From assembly GCA_027339745.1 (NCBI GenBank), contig DAHWNW010000002.1:55725-119724 (forward strand): a stretch of DNA of 64,000 nucleotides, given 5' to 3'. Below the pieces are notes generated by a model. The model did not search any database, was not told where the DNA came from, and saw only the letters and a program-made list of their open reading frames with translations. Positions 53,084 through 62,351 of the stretch are shown piece after piece. The position numbers and the translations under genes are program-made. Source of the stretch: Nitrososphaerota archaeon (GTDB lineage: Archaea; Thermoproteota; Nitrososphaeria; Nitrososphaerales; Gagatemarchaeaceae). The stretch's first letter is position 1, and each line of letters starts with the position of its first letter.

Positions 53084-56062
53084 TTAGACGGTGACGGAGA
53101 TTGATGTAGATACTGATACGGGCAGGTTACCCGTGGTGAAGACGAAGATGCTCACAGAGTAGGTGCCGCTCGCGAGGCCTACCGGCTCCGCGATGAACAC
53201 CGACTGCGTCACACCTGCCCCGACTGTGAGGCTCCCTGTCCCGATGCCCACCGTCTGGCCGGCGCCGTTCTTATAGACGGCGAAGACCACGACGCTCTGA
53301 GCGGTCGGGTTCAGGTTGGTGTACGACGCGCTGATGCCTGAGAACGAACCTATCGTCGCTGATTGTGGGGTGCCTGAGACCACGAAGGACTGTGCGAACG
53401 GGACGGTCACGTGGACGGTCAGCGTTTGGCTGCTGTTCACGTTGCCCGCTAGGTCTGCCGCGCTCAGTGCGATGCTCCAGTTCCCGGTCGTGAGACCGGA
53501 GATGGTGACACCGTACGTCACGCTGTGCCCGACGTTATTGGTGCCGGACACGCTGACCGACAGGGTCTGCGTGGCTGAGGTCTGGATGTTGGTCGCCACT
53601 GCGCTGACGCTGGATGAGTTGAGGTCACCCAGACTGTCGGTGATCGTGGCGGTTACCGTCGCTGGCGAGGAGATGTTAGCGTTGGGGACCGTCACGAAGT
53701 TGACGCTCGGAGCGCTCGTGTCGACGAGCACCGAGTAAGTCCCTGTCTGTGCGGTGTTCCCATTGCTGTCGGTGGCGTTGAACGATATGGTGTGCAGACC
53801 CGCGCCAATGTTGACCGCGATTGCCCAAGTGACCTGGTTCGCCGTCTCTGACGAGCAACTCGACAGAGTCCCTGCAGTGTAGCAGACCGACGCGATGGTC
53901 GCTGCTGCCACGCCGGTGGTCGGATAACCGATCGAGGCGTTCGCGCTGCCGTGGAATACGACAGGCGTGCTATTTGCATAGATCACGCCGGACATTGGAA
54001 GCGGTGAGCTGACACCTATTGTTGGATTCGCGCTGACCACGCCGATGGTCGTTTCACCGGAGACTGCCTGCCCTGCGACCACGCCAGTAGCGGTGATCTT
54101 GGCGGTCCCTAGTGTCGACGGAGCGGTGTAGATTACCGCACCGAAGGACGACCCTGTGGTGGAGTGGCCTGCAGTGATGTAGACGTTTGTCGCTGAGAGG
54201 AGACCCGTAGACGCCGCCAGGTTCACCTGGAGCGTGTTGGCATTCGCGGCGAGCGTCACATCGTTCCCGTAGGCATCTACCAGGGTTACGTCGAGGTAGA
54301 GCGTCCCTGAGGAGACGGTGTTGGTCGCTGGGCCGCTGAAGACCGGCGGGTTCCCTGACGCGTAGTAGTAGGCGTTAACCTTGAACGAGGCCGCGGGGCC
54401 TGCTGCTGTTGTTGCCTGCGGTACTGTCCCGGTTACGTTGGCTAGGTCGTGGGTCGGCGCGGCGTAGGTGGGCGCGGTCGCGTTCATCGTGAACGTGACT
54501 TCGGCGCCTTCCAGCGTGTCGACCTTGAAGGAGGTTTGGACCATCCCTGAGCTGTTGGTGTCTAGGGTGATGTATTGGAGTCCGTTGGAGAAGGTACCCA
54601 CGTAGGCACCGTCACCCAGCGTCACTGCGCCGGTTCCTGGCAAGTCCAGGGCGATGTTCACTGGAACACCCTGCTGGACTGTAGGGAGCGTGGCGTAGAC
54701 GCTGATTGAAGAGCCCGCCGTTGGAGCGGCGTTGCTGACGGCCGGGGTGGGCGACGTCGCTGAGAAGGTCCCTGTAGTCGCTGTCCCGCTGTTACCGGCT
54801 ATTGTAAAGGCGGTAGCTCCCGCCCCATAAGTTCCGCTTATGGTGGCGCTGAACTGACCGACAGAACCATAGACGCCGGACTGGAAGTAGTTGTACGGGA
54901 GGTCCCCGCTGACCGCGCTGCCGGTGCCGTATGGCGTGGCGATGCACGCGGCGTTCGTTGTGCAGCTGACGGTTGAGGGGAGGTTGGTGGTGTCGAAGAC
55001 GCCGCTTGCCGAGAGGGCGGTCAAGGAGACCGAGCTGACGACGAGGTTGGCTGTGTTGAAAGCAATCGAGTTGCCGAACTTGTCGGCGATCGAATAGGTG
55101 CCGCTCGCGGCTGCGAGTTCAGCACCGGTGAAGGTAGTGTGGGTCGTTGGCGAGGTGTTTGTGGTAGTCCCTTGGGTGCTGAGGTAGTTGCTGGATTCGC
55201 CGCTTATGAGGAATGTTACCTCTGAGGGCGCACCAGGTCCTGTAGCTATACTGCTCGGGGCTGGCGTGATTGCGGTGCTGGTCCCGGCTGACGCCTTTAT
55301 GGCTGAGGGGCCATCGGCTACCGTGTCAGTCGGCTGGAATGTCGTGCTTGCGACACCTCCGTTCGCGCTAGCTGCAGTCACCCCCGTTGTGGGAGAGACT
55401 GTGCCGTAGGTGGACGTCACCGCCCACTCAATCGGCACGCCAGCGTTGCCGAGGTTGTTCGTTGTGGTGAGGGTCACCGTTGGGTTGCATGCGGGCGTAC
55501 CTGCTGTGTAGGTCCCGGTCACGCAAGAGTCGGTGGCACCGTATGAGATTGCGAGAGCCGCTGAAGCGCCGACGGAGTACAGCTTCTGGGTCGGTCCTGC
55601 GTAGTACGCGGCCGAAGAGCCGTCCTGAACCGTCGTCGTCACCGTCCCGGTTATCGCGTTGGCGGTAGACGGAGCGGGGGCTGTCGCGATGCTGAAGAAG
55701 TCAAATGTGGTGACGGATGCCCCCGGCGAGAGCGCAAGCGTGCAAGACACGCTAGACGAGGTCGAGTGGCAGCCATAGTCTGAAGTTTCGTAGTTAGCTG
55801 TCGAGAATGTCCATCCCGACGGCGCTGTGATCGTCAAGGCCGTGAGAGCGTAGGCGTTGCTGCTCGGGTTCGACACCGTTATCGCCTCCGAGGCAGAGCC
55901 AGACACTACGTTCTGACTAAGTGTGACAGTTGGGGGAGAGGCGTTCGCGGCGCTCACCGGCGTCACCAAGGGCACCAGGATGAGTAGAGCCGAAAACGCT
56001 AGGAGTGAGAGTAGAAGTCCTGAGCTAAATTTTCTTTGATACGCATTCGTAGGCGTATACAT
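53084..56062 (-). CDS. SlaA-like major S-layer/surface glycoprotein
   Basis: 992 aa with a signal peptide, very T/S/A/G-rich, almost no K/R, Ig-like repeats (D.FGN, DAYGN, DSNGN, DLAGN), no C-terminal TM, strong TATA box. Confidence 0.75.
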   Translation of the reverse strand: MYTPTNAYQRKFSSGLLLSLLAFSALLILVPLVTPVSAANASPPTVTLSQNVVSGSASEAITVSNPSSNAYALTALTITAPSGWTFSTANYETSDYGCHSTSSSVSCTLALSPGASVTTFDFFSIATAPAPSTANAITGTVTTTVQDGSSAAYYAGPTQKLYSVGASAALAISYGATDSCVTGTYTAGTPACNPTVTLTTTNNLGNAGVPIEWAVTSTYGTVSPTTGVTAASANGGVASTTFQPTDTVADGPSAIKASAGTSTAITPAPSSIATGPGAPSEVTFLISGESSNYLSTQGTTTNTSPTTHTTFTGAELAAASGTYSIADKFGNSIAFNTANLVVSSVSLTALSASGVFDTTNLPSTVSCTTNAACIATPYGTGSAVSGDLPYNYFQSGVYGSVGQFSATISGTYGAGATAFTIAGNSGTATTGTFSATSPTPAVSNAAPTAGSSISVYATLPTVQQGVPVNIALDLPGTGAVTLGDGAYVGTFSNGLQYITLDTNSSGMVQTSFKVDTLEGAEVTFTMNATAPTYAAPTHDLANVTGTVPQATTAAGPAASFKVNAYYYASGNPPVFSGPATNTVSSGTLYLDVTLVDAYGNDVTLAANANTLQVNLAASTGLLSATNVYITAGHSTTGSSFGAVIYTAPSTLGTAKITATGVVAGQAVSGETTIGVVSANPTIGVSSPLPMSGVIYANSTPVVFHGSANASIGYPTTGVAAATIASVCYTAGTLSSCSSETANQVTWAIAVNIGAGLHTISFNATDSNGNTAQTGTYSVLVDTSAPSVNFVTVPNANISSPATVTATITDSLGDLNSSSVSAVATNIQTSATQTLSVSVSGTNNVGHSVTYGVTISGLTTGNWSIALSAADLAGNVNSSQTLTVHVTVPFAQSFVVSGTPQSATIGSFSGISASYTNLNPTAQSVVVFAVYKNGAGQTVGIGTGSLTVGAGVTQSVFIAEPVGLASGTYSVSIFVFTTGNLPVSVSTSISVTV

Positions 56063-56089
56063 TTATTTTCAGGGTTGCGGCCAGGATTC

Positions 56090-56098
56090 TATATATAA
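56090..56098 (-). promoter_or_regulatory. TATA box of the S-layer-like operon
   Basis: TTATATATA about 28-36 nt upstream of the ATG. Confidence 0.65.
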
Positions 56099-56530
56099 CC
56101 GTAGTGGACAAATGGTCTACTTTCGCGCAGACTATAGGAGAAAAGCGCCGCCCTACGCTCTTTCGAGGAATAGGAGGCAGAACCGAACGAATCGAGCGGC
56201 CAGAAGAGAGGAACGCCGGTATTGGCCGCTGCCGGCCGACCGCCTGGCTGCTGCGGTTCGCCAGGTTCGCCGTTTTATGCGGAACATGGGGTCCCCGGCT
56301 TGCCTTTGACCGATCCCCGGAAGATGGGCACTAGAGCCAGCACCCAATCAGGTTAAAACACATCCAACATCAGGATGGCAGGCATATTGCTGGCCGCGAA
56401 TCTGCTCAGGAGCGAAGGTGAATTCACCCGGATTGCAGGCGGGAAGGGAATCGGTGCCGCGGGCAGGACGTCGCTACTTGAGAGAGGGCGCCCTGAACCC
56501 CCTCGGCGGGCCAGCCTCAAGGTGAGCTAG

Positions 56531-58354
56531 ACGGCTTCGCCATTCTACGCGGGCTACATCCTCTACTTGGCCTCGGTTCTTGTTCCTGGGTACGGCATTG
56601 GGGAACTCGCCGGAAGATGGAAGGGAGGGGACGACCTCATCCACCGGATCGGGCATTCACTCGGCTACGGGCTAGCTGTCGACACGGCGGTCTTGGTCAT
56701 AGAGACCACCGGTTTCAGATTTGGTGGAATCGCCCTCGTGGGGCTGGACGTCTACTCTCTCTATTTCCTCGTCGCCCTCGGAGCCGTCATGTACCTGGTG
56801 GCGGTCGTGCGAAGGCGGAGGGTCGCAGGGTTGCCTAGGGTCGACAAGGAGTCGATAGGCGTCCTTGGATGCGTGGCGGTGATCGGCGCCATCGCTTGGC
56901 TCTATTTCGTGTCCTATCCGATCTTTCCTCGGGACTACAACCCCGACTTCATAGCCTTGGTGGGCTCCCCTCGCGAGCTGATCAGTGGCACCCTGACCTC
57001 CATCCCCAGGTTAGTGCTTTACGGCGCGGGATACTACCAGACCGCCGCTGCGTTCCTAGCCGTCGGCTCTACGGGGATTCAGACAGCCCAGGTCTCGATG
57101 TCCATCCTGGCAACCCTGTCCCCCACCTTGGTGTATGCGACGACGCTCAGTCTCACTGGCGACAAGCGAAGCGGGTTGTTGGTCACGGCGATCTACTCCC
57201 TGTCAGGGAGCATCTGGACGCAGATGGTGTTCGTGGATGGCCTTTATCCGAACTTCGTCGGGACTCTGCTCGAGCTCGTCCTCTTGGTCACGTTCATCGA
57301 CCTCGCCAAGAACCCCCGCAGCCGTTCGCTCTGGCTGCTTTCGGCGCCAGTCGTCCTAGCCGCATACTTTTCGCACTATTCGGTTCTCTCTGTCTTCGGT
57401 ACATTCGCGATCCTGTCGTTGGCCCTTGCGATGATGAGGAGCCCGCAATTCAAAGGGACGGCTGTCGCAACCATCGCATTCCTTATCCCCGGAGCTCTTG
57501 GCGCCCTGGCGTTCAGAAGGCAGCTCGACTTGGCGCTGGTCATCTCTTACACCAGCGGCGCCCCGCAGCCGCTGACCACCTATCTTTCGAAAGCGCTCAG
57601 CTTTCTGCCGTCTATAGCCTACCTTGCATTTGACGTGAGGAATGACATCGGGTTTCTGGCCGCCATTACGTTGTTGGCCTTCTCGTTGTACAGAGGGTAC
57701 AAGCGCAAGGATTACGCCATTCTCCCCTTCGCCATCTGGTTCTTCGCTTTGCTGATCGCCTCCCCACAGGACTACGCTGCTTGGAGGTTCGAGCTCGAAG
57801 CGATAATGCCCTTGACGATACTAGCCGGGTACGGGCTGAACTCGATGATACCGAGCACAAGGGCTCGCAAACAGGCGAGATTGAGGAAAGGCGACCCCTA
57901 CAAGTTCGCCGCCGTGATGTTCGTACTCCTCTTCCTGACCCCGATAGTTGCTACTGGATGGGCGTCATCGTTCACGCAGAGCCTCGCGCTAGAGTCTGGC
58001 AAACAAGCGACGGTACAGTCACAGGTCAACGCGACCATGACCTGGCTCGAGGAGAACACACCCCCTTCCTCGTCTTTTCTTTCGGTCACAGACCCGACTT
58101 TCTTGTACTCGGCGCTTCAGATAGGGCATAACTGCACCTATGAGTACATGGGGAACGAGACCCAGGCTATCTCCTATGCCAGGTCCAACGGCCTCTCCTA
58201 CATCATCGTCACCAAGCACGATGTGTTCTTCAGCCAGGTCTTGCAGCCGGCCAACGACTCAGCCCCGTATCTCCCATGGTTCACGTACAAACCTACCGCT
58301 GGCGTGACTTTGGTCTATTACAATCCTAACGTCCGGGTGTTCCAAGTGTCCTGA
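56531..58354 (+). CDS. Polytopic membrane protein, GT-C glycosyltransferase-like; start uncertain (ACG 56531 or TTG 56567)
   Basis: More than 10 TM helices, a loop Asp (YNPDF), SHY, and an extracellular C-terminal domain (WLEENTP..., YYNPNVRVF). Confidence 0.65.
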   Translation, partial: TASPFYAGYILYLASVLVPGYGIGELAGRWKGGDDLIHRIGHSLGYGLAVDTAVLVIETTGFRFGGIALVGLDVYSLYFLVALGAVMYLVAVVRRRRVAGLPRVDKESIGVLGCVAVIGAIAWLYFVSYPIFPRDYNPDFIALVGSPRELISGTLTSIPRLVLYGAGYYQTAAAFLAVGSTGIQTAQVSMSILATLSPTLVYATTLSLTGDKRSGLLVTAIYSLSGSIWTQMVFVDGLYPNFVGTLLELVLLVTFIDLAKNPRSRSLWLLSAPVVLAAYFSHYSVLSVFGTFAILSLALAMMRSPQFKGTAVATIAFLIPGALGALAFRRQLDLALVISYTSGAPQPLTTYLSKALSFLPSIAYLAFDVRNDIGFLAAITLLAFSLYRGYKRKDYAILPFAIWFFALLIASPQDYAAWRFELEAIMPLTILAGYGLNSMIPSTRARKQARLRKGDPYKFAAVMFVLLFLTPIVATGWASSFTQSLALESGKQATVQSQVNATMTWLEENTPPSSSFLSVTDPTFLYSALQIGHNCTYEYMGNETQAISYARSNGLSYIIVTKHDVFFSQVLQPANDSAPYLPWFTYKPTAGVTLVYYNPNVRVFQVS

Positions 58355-58522
58355 ACCCCGCACGATGGGGCGGTGCCTCCGCACGTACGCCGCAAGCCCC
58401 CGGGGCATCTGGGGAGCGCTTGTTTGGGAGCATGGATGATTGATGCGGAAGAGGCAAGCGACATCGAATGACCTCTTTGCCAAGACATTCTCTTCGTCGG
58501 TGCTCCTTGGCCCGAGTCCTGT

Positions 58523-59110
58523 CTACGAGATGGTGATCTTCCCTGAAATCTGCGTACCAATTATAGAAAAGGTGGATGTGCCGGCGGTCTGGAAGACCCA
58601 AGTGAACCCCTGCCCAGGAGCAAGCGCGAAGTCCCCGACCCCCCCTACGCTCAGCGTCACGCTTGTTGTCCCGGTGTTGACCCACTCCACCGGGGTGACC
58701 GAATGGAGGGCTGCGGCCTCGGTATCATTGAATCCTTGCTGCGAGACCCCTATGACGACTTTGATCGGCGTGTAAATCCCTACGGCGTAGGCTGTCTTAC
58801 CTGACTCGAGCACCAGGCTGTGCTCAGGGGGGGTGACGTACCATTTGACCTGGGGGAAGGTGACAGTATACGGGCCTTGGGTCATAGTAGCGTTGTAGGG
58901 AGTAAGGACGCTGTTTCCATCCACAGTGGCCTGGACTCGGATTTCGGACGTCCCACCGCTCCCGTTCTCCAGGTACGCGTTCACCACGAGGGTCCCGGTG
59001 CCCGGACCCACAGAGGTGACCAATGCGTAGAACACGGCGGCTCCTACTATGACAATAGGCACCATGAAGAGAATCGTCCCGATCCTTCGGCGGCGTGATG
59101 CACCTTTCAA
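58523..59110 (-). CDS. Membrane-anchored extracellular protein with a ligand-less cupredoxin-like C-terminal domain
   Basis: Basic N-terminus plus TM helix, beta-rich; VEWVN...LAPGQGFTWVFQTAGT. Confidence 0.65.
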   Translation of the reverse strand: MKGASRRRRIGTILFMVPIVIVGAAVFYALVTSVGPGTGTLVVNAYLENGSGGTSEIRVQATVDGNSVLTPYNATMTQGPYTVTFPQVKWYVTPPEHSLVLESGKTAYAVGIYTPIKVVIGVSQQGFNDTEAAALHSVTPVEWVNTGTTSVTLSVGGVGDFALAPGQGFTWVFQTAGTSTFSIIGTQISGKITIS

Positions 59111-59738
59111 ATGGAATTCGGCCTCGCGAGACGTCCCCTTTGGAACATGGTAAGCAGCTTTCCAGATACCCTTCCCGAACGCCAGAAAAACGTTATCGAA
59201 GAGGGTGGTCCTTCGGGGTCACCCGACATGCTGGGTCTTTTGCGCGGCTGTAGAGGTTCGAAGGGGCGAAGAATCACCGTGAGCGGCATAGCTCAGAAGG
59301 CAGATGCCCTCCGGCGGTTCTCTGCCGAGCACTGAGCCGTATGTAGTCGCGGCATTCTGGACGCGCCCGCAGGTCAGTTGGACCAGGTCGCGTTGTCTGC
59401 TGCCTTAGGAATTGACTCAGTTTCGATGGCAGAACAACATATGCTTCTTCGGCTGTCGCAGACAGGCGCTTGGGAACGCGACTTCCATCTGGTATCTGGG
59501 CGAGGTATCTGGGGTAGAGCTACCCTCCCAATGCGGTGTCGGGGATACTGCTGGACGATTCAACGCTCTTCGTTTTGCATCCAGTTGCCGCGTACGCCGC
59601 CCTTCGGTGTAACCTCCAATGCGAGCACAAGATTAGGAGCGGGGACGGAACTCAACCGCCTTGGTAGCGGACCTCTTGTGACGCTTGTCTGCAGTTCCCG
59701 GCCAAGGGAGATATATGGGCAGAGGAGAGCGCCCCTTC

Positions 59739-60641
59739 ATGGACGTCACAGTGCTCATACCAGCTCACAATGAGGAGGGCACGATAGCGAAGGTCATCGT
59801 AAAGGCCAAGGAGCACTCGAACCGAGTGGTAGTCTGTGACGACGGGTCCACCGACATGACCGGGAGGATCGCTGAGTCTCTGGGAGCCGAAGTAATCAGA
59901 ACCTCGCACAACCTTGGCTACGGAGCCGCACTTTCGACCCTTTTGACAAGGGCCAAGGAAATAGGAGCGGGCGTCGTGGTGACGCTCGACGGAGACGGGC
60001 AGCACGACCCCGACGAGATCCCCATAGTGATAGAGCCTTTGCTCAAAGGAGAGGCAGACATAGTGATAGGCTCGCGGTTTCTGGCCGGTGACCGCAAGAT
60101 GCCGAGGTATAGGACCGTGGGGATAAAGGCGATCACAGGCCTCTCCAACAGTGTGGGAGACCTCAAGGTGTCAGACGCACAGTCGGGGTTCAGGGCGTAC
60201 GCCCTCGACGCAATCTCATCGGTCTTACCTACTGAGCTCGGCATGGGCGCGAGCACCGAGATCCTTCTTAAAGCAAGCCGGGCAAGCTTAAGGATTGTCG
60301 AGGTCCCCATCAACGTGTCATACGAGAAAGGGGCAAGCAGGAACCCTGTCTATCACGGGGTTGAAGTCGTCTTTGCGACCATCAAGCACGTATCGATACT
60401 CCATCCGCTGATCGTCTATGGTATCCCAGGGTTCGCGTTCATGTTGTACGGGTTGTATCTAGGATCGAACGCTCTACGTATCTACGAAGACGTCCACAAG
60501 GTGATAATCGGCACAACGCTAATTTCGATGGGAGCCATCCTGGTCGGGCTCATATTGGCCATTACAGCGCTGATAATCTGGATCATGATATCAGTGGTGC
60601 GGAGCCCCCTGTATCAAGCCGGGCGCACGACGCCTGCTTAG
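59739..60641 (+). CDS. Glycosyltransferase family 2 (Dol-P-Man synthase-like) with C-terminal TM helices
   Basis: IPAHNEE, DDGSTD, NLGYGAA, DGDGQHDP, GSRF and DAQSGFRAY. Confidence 0.92.
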   Translation: MDVTVLIPAHNEEGTIAKVIVKAKEHSNRVVVCDDGSTDMTGRIAESLGAEVIRTSHNLGYGAALSTLLTRAKEIGAGVVVTLDGDGQHDPDEIPIVIEPLLKGEADIVIGSRFLAGDRKMPRYRTVGIKAITGLSNSVGDLKVSDAQSGFRAYALDAISSVLPTELGMGASTEILLKASRASLRIVEVPINVSYEKGASRNPVYHGVEVVFATIKHVSILHPLIVYGIPGFAFMLYGLYLGSNALRIYEDVHKVIIGTTLISMGAILVGLILAITALIIWIMISVVRSPLYQAGRTTPA

Positions 60642-60994
60642 GGTCACATCAGGGGCGCATGGTCCTCCACTCACACCGAGCGACCCGGACTTACGCCAAC
60701 CTTTTCGCGAGGAAGACGCGTCATCGCTGGCCGAGCGGTAACCGGGCCCCTGGAAGACCTGCCCGGTCTCGGCCAGGGCCGACCGCGTATCGCCAAGGTG
60801 GGCCTGAAGCATGAGTGGTACCGCTCCTCTTCTGGGCGTCGATGAAAACGGACTCTACGAGGTCCCATTGGACCAAGAATCGAAAGTTCAAGGGCGGGTT
60901 TGATCACGACGCTGTAAGATGGGAGCCGTGGGACAGTCAGGCTGGCCCGGCGAGCGGCGCAAAATTATTATCAGCAAGGCTGACTGCGTCCTGA

Positions 60995-62299
60995 GTGCGT
61001 GCGACCGACCCCGAGCCAGGCTCGCACGTCAAGAGCGTCACGCTCCTCGCCACCATTGGAACCGTCGCCGAGTATTATGACTTCGCGCTCGCGGGTGCCT
61101 GCGCAGCGCTTGTCTGGCCATTCGTTTTCTTCCCCTCGTCTAGCTCCGCGGCAGGCTTCGCTCTCTCCTTCGGGACCTACGGCTCCGCCTTGCTCTTCCA
61201 ACCAGTTGGCGCCGCATTGTTCGGCCACCTGGGGGACCGGCGAGGAAGGAAGCCGTCGCTTGTCCTGACCCTCTCCCTGATGGGTATAGGGTCCCTCGGG
61301 CTCGGACTGGTCCCCAGCTATGAGGCTATTGGGGCGCTCGCGCCGCTGCTCGTGGTGGCCATGCGCGTCCTTCAGGGAATCGGATTCGGAGGAGAGCTGT
61401 CTGGGTCCGCGACTTGGGTGGCCGAAGCTGCCGCTGACACCAATAGGAGGTCGTTCTGGACCGGGTTCCTTTCTGTGTCGCGCACCGCTGGTGCCCTGCT
61501 CTCCTTCAGTATGTTCTACGCTGTCTCGGCTGTACTGCCTCGGGCAGAGTTTCTCGGGTCCGGGTGGAGGCTCCTCTTCATAGGGGGGGCGGCGGCGCTC
61601 CTTGTGGGCGTCGTCGTAAGGTACAGATTTACGAGGGACATTTTGTACTTGGAGGCGAAGGCCAGGAACGCACTGGTGAAGGCGCCTGTCATCTCCGCAG
61701 CGAAGAAGGACTGGGGGACCATACTTGCCCTGGGGGTGTCCACCACTGGGTTCCTGTCCATCATCCTCGTGATGCTCCAGTCCTTCTCTCTGAACTATCT
61801 GACGAAGGTGGGGGTCGGCGTCACCTTCGCTGCCGAACTCTTGGTGTTGGGGAGGACGCCTGAGCTTGTCGTAACTCCTGCGGCCACGCTCCTCGCGGAC
61901 AGATTTGGGAGAAAGGCCACCCTCATCGCAGGAGGGGTAGCATGTCTTATTCCCATCCTACTGTTCTATCCTCTCCTTCACACATCTTCAGTGGGGCCGG
62001 TAGTGCTAGGATTCGCCCTCCTCGGGATCAGCTCATCGTTTGGCTATGCGAGCGCGCCCGCCCTCTTCGCGGAGTCCTTTCCGACAAGCCATAGGTTCTC
62101 AGGGGTCGGGCTCGCCTACAACATCCCGGTTCTGGTGACGGGGTCGCTGACGACCCTCGTCATACCACTTTACATCGCCGCTTTTGGGGGCGCAGTTGGC
62201 GCCGCCAATTATGTGGCAATCACTATATTCGGGATCACCGCAGTCTCCATCGTGGCAGGACTGGTAGTGCACGAAACGAGGACCGCCGATATGCACTGA
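60995..62299 (+). CDS. MFS transporter, metabolite:H+ symporter (ShiA/ProP-like)
   Basis: EYYDF, GDRRGRK, RVLQGIGFGGE, ADRFGRK and AESFPT..RFSG. Confidence 0.9.
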   Translation: MRATDPEPGSHVKSVTLLATIGTVAEYYDFALAGACAALVWPFVFFPSSSSAAGFALSFGTYGSALLFQPVGAALFGHLGDRRGRKPSLVLTLSLMGIGSLGLGLVPSYEAIGALAPLLVVAMRVLQGIGFGGELSGSATWVAEAAADTNRRSFWTGFLSVSRTAGALLSFSMFYAVSAVLPRAEFLGSGWRLLFIGGAAALLVGVVVRYRFTRDILYLEAKARNALVKAPVISAAKKDWGTILALGVSTTGFLSIILVMLQSFSLNYLTKVGVGVTFAAELLVLGRTPELVVTPAATLLADRFGRKATLIAGGVACLIPILLFYPLLHTSSVGPVVLGFALLGISSSFGYASAPALFAESFPTSHRFSGVGLAYNIPVLVTGSLTTLVIPLYIAAFGGAVGAANYVAITIFGITAVSIVAGLVVHETRTADMH

Positions 62300-62351
62300 C
62301 GCCAAGGATGGCCACGCTGAGAGCGTCCGCCTGTCGGCGATCACTGGGGAC

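Noticed and set aside
56528..56530. Genome-wide TAG recoding (pyrrolysine or alternative code)
   Set aside because: Many well-conserved genes in the window end at TAG at their expected lengths, and no pyl genes are present.
59491..59514. Short direct repeat GGTATCTGGG x2
   Set aside because: Only two 10-nt copies; not a CRISPR array and plausible by chance.
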